Positions 30,185 through 40,300 of a DNA stretch of 64,000 nt are shown in pieces. Source of the stretch: Rubripirellula sp. (GTDB lineage Bacteria > Planctomycetota > Planctomycetia > Pirellulales > Pirellulaceae); NCBI GenBank assembly GCA_965216875.1, contig OZ244207.1:1-64000 (forward strand), written 5' to 3'. Each line of letters starts with the position of its first letter. The stretch's first letter is position 1. Under the pieces are notes generated by a model that was not told the DNA's origin, made no database searches, and saw nothing but the letters and a program-made list of their open reading frames with translations. The position numbers were made by a program, and so were the translations under genes.

Positions 30185-32665
30185 TTATTCGTTTGCAGTG
30201 GCCAACTGTACGAGGCGGACCATCTCACGAGCGATTTGCCGAGCACTCGAACTATCTGGCGTCATAACACTCCAGTAACGCGTGTGCCCGCCGACACCGA
30301 CGCAAAACTCACGCCGCATGCGAGCGTCCCAGATGCCGGTATCCCAGGTTGAATCGGTCTCGGCATCGCGCCATAGGCTTCGACCAACGTAATCACCGCT
30401 TGTATAAGCGTTGACCCATTCCCTAACACCCAGCAGTTGACTCGGGTCAGGCGCGAGAGCAGCTTCAGATTGACCATCTTGCTCAGAATTGTTTTCCGCG
30501 ACCCAATCGTAGAGGTGGGGCAGGCGTACATTGAGCAGTTGTTTCAGGGGCGAACCAAACGTGAAGAGGTAAATTGGCCGCTCATTTCGACACACCACGT
30601 CACGGTTTGCTTTTTCGTATTCTTTGAGGTGTTGCAGCACGTCGGCGGTGATGACCGTGCCAAGACTGTGAGCAACGATCACGATGCCATCGTAGTAAGC
30701 GGCGCCATCGGTATCCTTGCGGTCAAAAACATAACGAAGGAGCGAAACATAACGTGCAGTAATCTTGGAAGCGGGGTTGTTGTCCCGCGGATTCTGACGC
30801 AACCAATTCGAGACGTCGGCCGCCAGGTCGGTGATGGCGGTCAAAGCCGGTACCAACCTTTGCATGAGGCCTGTGATCATCGCGAGGAAAAGGAGCCCGA
30901 TCATCCACACACAGTAGGAGCTGGCGGCAGTGATGCTGCTCATCAACGAATACTCTTTTGCCGCGACGATTGCCCAGATCGCTCCGAATACGGGAGGAAA
31001 GTAGAACAGAAACGAAAGCAAGAAGACGATGAGTGTCAACCTGCCCATTTGCCTCAGGCTGGCAGTTAGCGTCGCGCCAAGCATCTCACTTGATGCGATG
31101 CTTTCAGGCTTTGACTCGGCACGGAAACAGGGGATGAAGAGCCAGGACATACACGCCAACCAAATCATCGAAAGCACAACAAAGCTAACGACTGGGATCG
31201 ATACCAAGTCGATTAACAAGTTGGGCATAGCATTGAGCGCATAGGACGAGTCAGGGGGATGTGCTTCCAGACCAGTCGATGTTTGGTTGAGTGAACTAAT
31301 CCAATCGTAGGGTCGGGGAAAGTCTGGTTGGTAGGTCACAAGTTCCGCACTGGGCAAATGCCGGGATGCGATGATTTCGAGCGCCCGCCACAACCCTGTG
31401 TTTGCGATCGCCAGTGCGATTCCAGGAATGAGCAACGCGATCACTACCGTCCAGTTGAGTCGGCGGTATCGGAATAATGGACGAGTGACGTAGCTGACGC
31501 CCTGAATGAGGACCAAGCCAACGACGCACAAGTAGTACGACACCGCGCAGACGACAACCAACAGAACAAGTAACTCGGCTATCCGCATGCCTGCAATGGG
31601 CACAGACCAATCATCCGCCGTTGTTAGTGCGAAGCGACCCAATATGACGCCCAGCAAGAATGCGGAAATGTGGTAGGCAGTGACCGTAATTTCAGGAATG
31701 TCGTCGTTGAGCTTCCTGCAAACCAATATCACAGCCGTGGCGGCGGGCAACCACGTTGCGATAACGAGGGGGGCTACACCTATCCAATCGACATTTGCGA
31801 TCGACCAGATGGAAGCAAGAGCAACGACTAGTACGACCGTGTTGAAGCATCCGAACGCCGTGTGAGTGAAGTGAAAGTTTGCGACTCTTCGCGCGATCGG
31901 CTTCGCCCAAGATCCGACGACGTAGGCAACCAGGATTGCAGCCGTAAGCGTGGCAAAAACGCGGTGAGCGACTAGCATATCACCGTCTTGAATGTTTGGC
32001 TTCAAAGTTCGCATCACCCAGAATGGGACTTGAAAGACAAACAGACTTGCAAGGTACATGTTCAGGACCGGTAGCACTCGACTAACGATTGCAACCGATA
32101 CGTCAGTTAGCTTTTGAGATACATTTGAGCAAATCGATTCTTCAGCTTTATGCAACGCACCGCTGGCATCCATGGCGATTTCACACATGCTGATGAAGAG
32201 TCGATAAGCTCCTGCCAGCGTATGAAACAGATTGTTCCGAATCCCTGAGAGGTCGGCCCAGTACATTTCGAAGATATCGATGTCAGTTTCAGTACCGGAT
32301 TCCGTGTGAGCCTCACGCTCACCAGCTGCATTTGCGTTGGCATTCCCTTCAACAACGTTCTTGTCGTGTAATGACAAGGTCGTCGAGCAAACGGTCGACC
32401 GATAAACAGCCTCTTCGGGCTTGGGCTTGTATTCGGCGATCCGCTCGCCGAGTCCCGGAGCCTCCATTGGCGATTCCACAGGCTCGACTTCAATGTTCAC
32501 CGTTTGCTCGGTAATGGCACGGTTCCCCACATCACCTCGCTGCTGAATCAGGCAAGCAACGGCTCGCCCCGTTTCCCCAGGAACCTGATTCGCCACACCG
32601 TGGATCGCAATCACCGCAACACGCGGTCTTCGATTGTCCTTGGCTTGTCGGTTATCCGGTGCCAT
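30185..32665 (-). CDS. Polytopic membrane protein with split alpha/beta-hydrolase fold
   Basis: N-terminal 'IAIHGVANQ' and 'EMYWADLS'; ~10 hydrophobic segments; C-terminal 'IVAHSLGTV', 'FTFGSPL', 'SGDYVG', 'GGHTRYW'. Confidence 0.8.
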   Translation of the reverse strand: MAPDNRQAKDNRRPRVAVIAIHGVANQVPGETGRAVACLIQQRGDVGNRAITEQTVNIEVEPVESPMEAPGLGERIAEYKPKPEEAVYRSTVCSTTLSLHDKNVVEGNANANAAGEREAHTESGTETDIDIFEMYWADLSGIRNNLFHTLAGAYRLFISMCEIAMDASGALHKAEESICSNVSQKLTDVSVAIVSRVLPVLNMYLASLFVFQVPFWVMRTLKPNIQDGDMLVAHRVFATLTAAILVAYVVGSWAKPIARRVANFHFTHTAFGCFNTVVLVVALASIWSIANVDWIGVAPLVIATWLPAATAVILVCRKLNDDIPEITVTAYHISAFLLGVILGRFALTTADDWSVPIAGMRIAELLVLLVVVCAVSYYLCVVGLVLIQGVSYVTRPLFRYRRLNWTVVIALLIPGIALAIANTGLWRALEIIASRHLPSAELVTYQPDFPRPYDWISSLNQTSTGLEAHPPDSSYALNAMPNLLIDLVSIPVVSFVVLSMIWLACMSWLFIPCFRAESKPESIASSEMLGATLTASLRQMGRLTLIVFLLSFLFYFPPVFGAIWAIVAAKEYSLMSSITAASSYCVWMIGLLFLAMITGLMQRLVPALTAITDLAADVSNWLRQNPRDNNPASKITARYVSLLRYVFDRKDTDGAAYYDGIVIVAHSLGTVITADVLQHLKEYEKANRDVVCRNERPIYLFTFGSPLKQLLNVRLPHLYDWVAENNSEQDGQSEAALAPDPSQLLGVREWVNAYTSGDYVGRSLWRDAETDSTWDTGIWDARMRREFCVGVGGHTRYWSVMTPDSSSARQIAREMVRLVQLATANE

Positions 32666-32718
32666 TGCTGCCCCGCAGATTCGTTAGGATTGCCAGTCAA
32701 CCTCGTGAGACGCCAAAA

Positions 32719-33522
32719 CTACTCTGACGTGGATTCCGTGGCCCAGGTGATCGCGTTGGCGATCAGGTCGAGGTACTCGTCCGAAGCGACGGTGACATTG
32801 TGATGACCAATGGTTGTACCGAAGATTTTTCCTTCCCCGTACTGGTTAACCCATATGCAAACTTCGGGCTTCGCCACGTGACCGTTATCGCCTTTTGCCA
32901 AGACCGTGGCCGTCTTGGCCACTGAAAGAATGTTGTATAGCTCACCGGCGGGCGTTGTCCAAGGATTGTCCAAGTGGGCGGTCACAGCATGATCGAGTGT
33001 CTTGGTGACGGTGATCGGCGCTCGTGGACCGTGGGTTTGCGAACGCACGCCAAGGAGTTTGATCCAGGTCTTTTCGTCGTCGTTGTCCGCCTGCACTTCT
33101 CGGTGAAACGAATGCATGGTGCAGTGCAATACGATCGCTGGAAGGCCTTCGGCGTGGACGGCTGCGAGCGAATCGATGAATTGAGTGTCGGATTCCCAAG
33201 CATGACAAGTGTTGTAGAGGACGATGTCGAATTCTTCTCTCCAATTGACCTTTCGAAAGTGGGTCTTGAGGCTTTCGGTCTGCTTCTCATGCAGGATCGT
33301 CCACCTCACATTGATGCGTTGCCCAATACCGTCAGCGATGATTTGCTTTTGCGATGTGTAGTCATGCGCCCCATCCGGCCCCGTCACCATCAGCACTCGG
33401 ATCGGTCGGCTAGCTGTCCGATCTCTGTCTTCAGCGTTTGCAAGCGTACATCCACTGGCGATGAACAAAAGGCATAGGAGTTTGGGGCGAAAAGCAAGCT
33501 TTCCCGATGACAATAAGTCCAT
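32719..33522 (-). CDS. ThuA-like (class I glutamine amidotransferase-fold) secreted protein
   Basis: Signal peptide; 'VLMVTG..HDY', 'LHCTMHSF', 'GELY', 'YGEGKIFGTTIGH'. Confidence 0.88.
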   Translation of the reverse strand: MDLLSSGKLAFRPKLLCLLFIASGCTLANAEDRDRTASRPIRVLMVTGPDGAHDYTSQKQIIADGIGQRINVRWTILHEKQTESLKTHFRKVNWREEFDIVLYNTCHAWESDTQFIDSLAAVHAEGLPAIVLHCTMHSFHREVQADNDDEKTWIKLLGVRSQTHGPRAPITVTKTLDHAVTAHLDNPWTTPAGELYNILSVAKTATVLAKGDNGHVAKPEVCIWVNQYGEGKIFGTTIGHHNVTVASDEYLDLIANAITWATESTSE

Positions 33523-33760
33523 GAATCAAGTCTGCGTTGGTGCGGTTCGGGGCGGCGTATGCAGGTTTGGCAGCACGAAAGAGTTTAGCGGCCAAACGAT
33601 CGGCGTGTCTGGTGAAAGCGGCGATCGCTCGGCTAGGTGCGAGTTCGCGACCACCGAAATCGGGCAATCCTGCGGCGTATTGGCGAACCAACGGTCGTTT
33701 TGATCATTACGATGTGTCTGCCAAAGTCGACTTTCTATTCAACAAAAACGGGTTCGTTTC

Positions 33761-34753
33761 ATGAGCCGAGCAACCACGCACGTCTGTTTGGTGATTCTGG
33801 CATCCCTGGTTCTTTCTTCTGGAACGTTGCATTCCCAAGAAAGATCGTTCGCGCAAGTGCACACGCAATCGTCGAATCCAATTGAGATTGGTACGGTCGA
33901 GTGGGGGCGAGACCTGGAAGCCGCGTTTGGGCAGGCTGCGTCGAGCGGAAAGCCTGTGTTCCTGTTGTTCCAAGAGGTGCCCGGTTGTGCGGGATGCCAG
34001 AAGTTTGGCCGGGTAGTCCTTTCGCACCCCTTGTTGGTCGAAGCCATTGAAGAAGAGTTCGTTCCTGTTGTCGTTTTCAACAATCGATCGAGCGGAGGCG
34101 ATCGAGAGTTGCTTCGGCGGTTCAATGAGCCCGCTTGGAACTACCAAGTGATTCGATTCTTGGATCCGCAAGGCAATGACATTGTGCCGCGAAAGGATCG
34201 CGTTTGGACGACCGGTGGCGTCGCTGCGCGGATGATCGAAACTCTTGAAAAACGTGAACGTGAGGTTCCGACTTACCTACGGACCGTGCAGGCTACGGCG
34301 GATCTGTCATCGACCGGAATCGCAGCACTGGCGCAACATTGTTTTTGGACGGGTGAATCTCGGCTCGGGCAGATCGACGGCGTGGTTGCAACAGAAGCGG
34401 GGTGGCTTGACGGTCGCGAAGTCACTTTGGTTCGCTATGACAAAAACGAGTTGAGTCTTGAGTCGCTAGCGAAGCAGGCGGCACGCGTGAAGTGCGCGGA
34501 CAAGATCTACACGCCAACCGGACGCTCGTTCGCCGGACTGAAGGCGGGTGTTCTCGATGGCAGCTACCGAGTGGCGCGTGCTTCGGATCAGAAGCGACAA
34601 CTTGCCCGATGGCCTGTCTTTGCCAAGATTCCAGGAATCAATGCCATGCAATTGACGAAAATCAACTCGCTGGCACCCTCGAACGTCCAGGACGCGTTGC
34701 AATGGCTCAGTCCAAGGCAGCGAACTTTCTTGAAGGACGTCACCGCTCGGTAA
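33761..34753 (+). CDS. VPGUxxT-family thioredoxin-like protein (Cys form) with C-terminal MsrA-like segment
   Basis: Signal peptide; 'KPVFLLFQEVPGCAGC' (TGT codon at the U position), 'EPAWNY', 'HCFWTGE..GVVATEAGW'. Confidence 0.85.
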   Translation: MSRATTHVCLVILASLVLSSGTLHSQERSFAQVHTQSSNPIEIGTVEWGRDLEAAFGQAASSGKPVFLLFQEVPGCAGCQKFGRVVLSHPLLVEAIEEEFVPVVVFNNRSSGGDRELLRRFNEPAWNYQVIRFLDPQGNDIVPRKDRVWTTGGVAARMIETLEKREREVPTYLRTVQATADLSSTGIAALAQHCFWTGESRLGQIDGVVATEAGWLDGREVTLVRYDKNELSLESLAKQAARVKCADKIYTPTGRSFAGLKAGVLDGSYRVARASDQKRQLARWPVFAKIPGINAMQLTKINSLAPSNVQDALQWLSPRQRTFLKDVTAR

Positions 34754-34980
34754 CATCTTTTCACGAAAATGAACAACGCGACATTTTTTCGTGAAAGATT
34801 GTGAAGGCCTGGGAGTCGCGGCTGCTACGCGTCCTGGCCTTTTTCTGGAAGAACCGCTCCTGCCCTTTTTGGGAAAACCAAGGCCCCTGCGCGCCTGCGG
34901 AAACGCGAACATGGGCCCTTGCGCCGGCGTCTTTCTGAAGAGGCGTTGTGTCGAAGCGTTCCAGCTTCTAACACTCAGTT

Positions 34981-35084
34981 CGTGAGCCGAAGCCGTTAAC
35001 GTCAGGTCAATGGGATTTAATCGTCTCTGGGATATAAGGCGTTTGAACCTGAGGCCCGACGCTAGCTAGCGCTTTCGGCTCACG
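34981..35084. repeat. TGAG-type REP doublet
   Basis: CGTGAGCCGAA at 34981 inverted to TTCGGCTCACG at ~35074-35084, with internal GGCCCGACGCTAG. Confidence 0.7.
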
Positions 35085-35209
35085 CTGCTTTCGCCGAGTG
35101 AAAGGCGACGATCTAAAACTATTTTGTTTTTCGTTTTTTTAAACCAATGACGCTCGAGAAGTTACGAACTATGAACCATTTGGCAATCACCCTTGAGAAA
35201 CAGCAAACT

Positions 35210-35416
35210 ATGAAGCGTTTGGCAATTACTCTTTTACTAGCGTCTTTCACACTCCCTGTGCTCATCGGTTGTGATGAAGCCGAGCCTGTGGGCGGAAACG
35301 TTGTCGCAGGGGCAACCGAGGCGGAGAAAGAAGCCTATCGCCAAGGTTACGACGACCAGGTCCAAGCCATGCAGGAAATGGAAGCAATGACTCAGAATGA
35401 AGGTGGTTTGCAATAG
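35210..35416 (+). CDS. Small lipoprotein
   Basis: MKR + hydrophobic stretch + lipobox-like LIGC, short acidic mature part; alternative in-frame starts at 35147 and 35171. Confidence 0.7.
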   Translation: MKRLAITLLLASFTLPVLIGCDEAEPVGGNVVAGATEAEKEAYRQGYDDQVQAMQEMEAMTQNEGGLQ

Positions 35417-35725
35417 ACCACCTAAACGATTCGATCTTCAGAATTTCCGTGCCGACGCTGGGTATTGCGTCTCTTTTACGGTGACGGGATCCGTCCTCCA
35501 TGTTGAGGTGGCAGATGCCACAATCGTCAACCAGTGTTGGGCCGTCGATGGCGCGGCAATTCGCATTGCGATGCGGGCACGGTTATAGGGTTGCCGTGTT
35601 CCAATGTGGTTTGCTCCGCCGAAAGGGACTGAATGATGAGCCCTCCGAGCAGAATAGGGCTCGTGTTCGTCTTCTTTCGGTGGAGCAAGACGCATTGGAA
35701 CCGTGGCAAGGATTGCGGCACCAAG

Positions 35726-37051
35726 CTATTGGGAGATTGATTCTGTCGGGCCTTCGACGACGTTCGCTTTGGTGCCTTCGCCATTTTCGGACGCTTGGTG
35801 AAACCGCCATTGTTTCCCAACGATCAAACGGGCGCCGCGCCGAAAGGTGAGATACGACCATGCCCAACTGAGGACGACCAGCAAGCGTCGACGAAATCCG
35901 GTCAAGTAGTAGATGTGGATGACGAGCCATGCGATCCATGCGCCGAAACCTCCAAGTCGAAATCTGCCGACTTCGGTGATCGCGCGACTGCGACCGATCG
36001 TTGCCATCTGCCCTTTGTCTTTGTATTGAAACTCTTGGCGTTGGCTTCCATCAAGTTCACGCAAAATGTTCTTGGCGAGGAAGCGACCTTGTTGCATGGC
36101 GACCGGGGCAAGGCCGGGCAGAGGCGAGCCGCTGTGATCAACATGCGCTTGGTCACCGGCGACAAAGACATTGGGATGCCCTTTAACGCTCAGGTCAGCC
36201 TCCACCACGACACGCCCGGTGCGATCGACTTCCAAATTCAACTTGGATCCGAGGCTTGATGCTTGAACGCCGGCGGCCCAAAGCACGGTTCCCGCGCTGA
36301 TGCGTTCTTCACTCACTTCGACCCCACTTTCGTCCACTTGATTGACAAGGCTCGAAGTCCAGACTTGAACCCCCAAGCTCTCGAGGTCTCGGGTCGCGCG
36401 TTTGGACAATTTGGGCGAAAACATCGAAAGGATTCGTGGTCCGCCTTCGATCAAAATCACACGAGCAAGCGCAGGTTCGATGTTGCGAAAGTCGCGAGCA
36501 AGGGTGAACCGGCTCATTTCGCCGATCGCGCCCGCCAGTTCAACGCCAGTGGGGCCGCCCCCAACAACAACGAAGGTAAGCAAACGCCTTTGCTCGTCGG
36601 CGTTTGTCGAACGTTCCGCCTGTTCGAACGCGGTCAGCACACGGCGCCGAATCTCGGTTGCTTGCTCAACCGTTTTGAGTCCTGGCGCGAACCTTTCCCA
36701 ATGATCTTTGCCGAAGTAACTATGTTTGGCTCCACAGGCAAGGATCAAGTAATCGTAGGGCACATCACCGAAGTCGGCTTTCACTTTCTTGCCGTCAAAG
36801 TCGACCGATTTGACTTCGCCTTGCAAGACGTGCGCGTTCTTTTGCTTTGACAAAATGCTGCGTATGGGGGCAGCGATGTCAGCGGGGCTGAGTCCCGCCA
36901 TCGCAACTTGGTAGAGCAGCGGTTGGAAGAGATGGTGATTTCGGCGATCAATCAACGTGACGTGAACATGCTTTGCGCGACGAAACCCCTTCGCAGCATT
37001 GAGGCCGGCAAACCCGCCCCCAACGATGACCACGCGAGTGATGTTGTCCAT
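35726..37051 (-). CDS. ndh: Type II NADH:quinone oxidoreductase (NDH-2 family)
   Basis: GGGFAG, 'HLFQPLLYQVA', 'GGGPTGVELAG', 'VFVAGD', 'KGQMATIGR'. Confidence 0.92.
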   Translation of the reverse strand: MDNITRVVIVGGGFAGLNAAKGFRRAKHVHVTLIDRRNHHLFQPLLYQVAMAGLSPADIAAPIRSILSKQKNAHVLQGEVKSVDFDGKKVKADFGDVPYDYLILACGAKHSYFGKDHWERFAPGLKTVEQATEIRRRVLTAFEQAERSTNADEQRRLLTFVVVGGGPTGVELAGAIGEMSRFTLARDFRNIEPALARVILIEGGPRILSMFSPKLSKRATRDLESLGVQVWTSSLVNQVDESGVEVSEERISAGTVLWAAGVQASSLGSKLNLEVDRTGRVVVEADLSVKGHPNVFVAGDQAHVDHSGSPLPGLAPVAMQQGRFLAKNILRELDGSQRQEFQYKDKGQMATIGRSRAITEVGRFRLGGFGAWIAWLVIHIYYLTGFRRRLLVVLSWAWSYLTFRRGARLIVGKQWRFHQASENGEGTKANVVEGPTESISQ

Positions 37052-37366
37052 GAGAGAATTGAACCAATGACCTCTGGGATAACGATAGTAGCGTTGACTC
37101 CCTCCAATCTACATCGCAGCCAAGAATTGACTAGGTGCCGTGATGGTTCGGCAGGTCGCGCACCCAGGCATCGAATTGCTGAACCGTGAGAAATCTTTGC
37201 GTTGCGGGACGCCAATCGATCTTTCAGGCGTTCGCGTATTTGTAATCTTTCACACGGACGCTCCAGTAGGAATGATCAAAGCCTCGGTCTGCATGAGGTT
37301 TGCTGTGTTGGCTGGTAGAAACGGTTCGCGGTTGGCCGTGTCGGTGACGCGCCGTCTTGCGAGCCC

Positions 37367-40300
37367 TCACGCATCCGATTCGGCTTTTTCGGCCGTCAAC
37401 GGATCGGGTATTGACGATTTGCGAACTGAGTCACTGATGGTTGCGCGATTGAGCGATTCCACGAAAGAATTGATTCGATCCTTGAAACGCTGTGATCCCG
37501 CACAGTTGTAGGCTTCGAGTGGAGGTTTGTTGTCAAGCAGGCTATTGCTTTGCCGCAGAGTCGAGCAGATCCAACGTCTCAAGAGTCTCGCATGTCGATC
37601 GTACTGGCGGATTCGCGATCGCCACAGCCACCGAAATGCATCCTCGCCTTCACGCATTCCAAGTTGTACAAGTTCGTGGTATTTGACTTTGTGTGTTCGA
37701 TTGTCGGATTCGTCATGGTGCCAAAGGGGCGTCCAAAGCTCTTGATGCGAGTCGTTTTCGGTAGCAAGTTGGTTGGCGTCACGGACCGGCAATCCGATCC
37801 CGTATTGCAGACGCAAGATGTTTGCGCGTCGGCTGGTGAGCAAGTCGATGGCTCTCTCACCCATTTGGTACGAGCGACTGCCTCGGGCCGTCGCGAGAAA
37901 CCAGTCTCCGCGAACACTTCGCGAGCCTGGTAGTCGCGCGGGGATATAGATGTCGTTAACACGTCGCGGTTCTTGGGTCGTATGCGCAGCGGAATACCAA
38001 GTCCGGAAGGCAACAGGAATTCGGTTGCCCTCGTTTTGCGGCTTGGCGATGTTCTCGTCCGTCATCACTTCTGGCGGCAAGAGAGCAGCCATGATCAGAA
38101 GTGCCCTGTGCGCTTCTTCGTTGAAGCAAGTCAGGATTTCGGCCAGATTCCAAATGGAGTGTTCTTCTCGCGAGTGCGGAAACACATCGTCAATGGTGTG
38201 TCGATGTCCGGAGGGATGGGTGCCCATCTTGCCGTTTGACGAGTGCAGGTCCTTGTCGATTTCGGAAGCCCAGATTTCGAAGAAGAGGCAGCTGATCGTT
38301 TCTTGGATTTCGGGGGCGACAGCGAACGGAACGTAATGGTGTTGGTTGTTGGCAAGGCTGCGGTTACGAGCAAGAGCAATGTCGTTGCATTGTTCGGCCA
38401 ACTTGCGCCAATCGAGAACGTTGCCTCCCTTCATGGCGAGCCCGGGATCGGCGGTCGCCCCGGCATCTGTATCGAGTGTCGTGAACTGATCCCAGGTGTT
38501 GCGATGGTCGGATGAACCTTGCCACGCCGTACGGTTCACCATCAAGAATCCGAAGTCCCAAGCGTAGGGGACTTTCTGGACGTGAGGCTCGCGTTTGAGC
38601 AACTCAGGAAGGTCATAGCCAGTGGTGGAAAAGAAGTCAGACCGGCGAAGCGTTTTGGTCTGCAATGGTTCTTCGCTGCCCTCGAGGCTGGCGATGTTCG
38701 CAACGTGCATCGCTTCGGTGGGCTGGAACAGATGAAACGGGTCATCGGTGATGTAGTTGTAGACCTTGTCGACGACGAACGAGCCCGAGCTGTTGTCACG
38801 GCGGTAGCTCACCTCGGACGTTTCTGCGTCAAGGAACGCGTGTTGATCCTGCAGCTGCATTGAATGCGAACGAGACCAGAACTCGTCAACCTGCAGAACG
38901 AGAGTGTACGGGTACCTCGCAACTCCTTGTAGCTCGGTGAACTCGCGCAGCCGTTCGTAGTTCCCAGGGTCCTCGTCGCAGATGACACTCGGCGATTGCT
39001 CGCTGGCATTGGTCATCTTTTCAAATAGAAAGCGTATGTCTTCAATGTAGGTTTGCGCTGTCTGTGAACCTGCATAAAGGTGCACACGCAGTGGGACATA
39101 TCGCGGTGGGTCTTCGCCTTTCTCGAGCCCTTCGTAGAGTTCGAAGGCTCGCCCTACTGCCACCTTCCAGCTCTGGTTGTTTTTCAGGTGAGGCGGCCGC
39201 AGGAATTTGTCGCCGTTCGTCTGCGGGTTCTGAAACACCTTTAGCTCACGCGTGAAGCTACCCTGGCCAGAGTTTTGCTGAGGGGTGACGGTAATCGCAA
39301 CACGGCTTTCGCCAAAGTACGGCACACGCCAAGTGAACAACTGCATTGCAGTTAACTCGCGGAGCCGCCGAGTCGCTTTGAGCGCGAGCTGGGCAGTGAA
39401 CCCCCTCGCTTCGTTGCCAACGATAAGCGTGGCGATTCCCTCACGACGAAGAAAGAACATCAAGCAAGGAAGGAAAAGCGGGTCGCGCTCGACCAGTGGA
39501 TACATGTCACGAATCGCCGTCCAGTTGTCGATCACAAGTCGGACGCGCCAGCCAATCTTGCGCCGTTTTTCTTCATCTTGCCAAACGCTGCCGTCTTTAG
39601 GGTAGCCGTTCGCATCGAGCTCCAAGAGCAGAGTTGCTTGGGCTCGTTTGACGGCCTGTGAGATCACATGAAACAGACTTTCGCCCGTTTGGGTGTGGAC
39701 TTCCAGACGCCGGCAAAAGACGTGATGCCGATCCGTGATCTTTTCGCCGAGGTGACGTTCGAGTCGTTCGATCAGTCCAGCGCGTTCGAGAGTCTTGGTC
39801 GTAATCAAAATGGCAACGCAGGATTCATCGTCGTCACGCTTGCGTTTCGCTTGCGCGAGAAACGCTTTGCTCAACTTACTCTTGTAGGTTTGGTCTTCAC
39901 CAATCAATGCGACAGGGTCGGCTGTTGAGATTCCACGCGGATCGCCAATCAGTTCTATATTCCGATCGAAGTCTCGTGCTTCAAGAATTCCGTCGAGATT
40001 CTCGATTCCGAACGACGCCAGTGGCGGCGTGCTTGATTCAATCCGTTGCCCCTTCGCCTTCATGATTTGGCGATTGACAAGGTTAAGCGAATGAAGCACG
40101 TAGACGTAGGATTGGCTGACGTTGCGAGTTTCAGCGGGGATTCCCTTTTCTTCGAGTGCAAAGGGAGGCATGCCGTCGCGTTTTTGGACAGCGATGACGG
40201 GCGGGTCGTCGGCATTGAATGACTCTCCGGTCGTCGATCCTCGGCCGTCGCGGATGATCAACGCGTGAGGGCCCGGCACGTGTGCTTGGGCTCGCACCTT

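Noticed and set aside
33431..33691. 86-aa ORF as a possible transposase remnant
   Set aside because: No DDE/HUH motif or terminal repeats; an in-frame stop lies just upstream
33975..34000. Selenocysteine recoding in the VPGUxxT protein
   Set aside because: The codon is TGT (Cys); the ORF has no in-frame TGA
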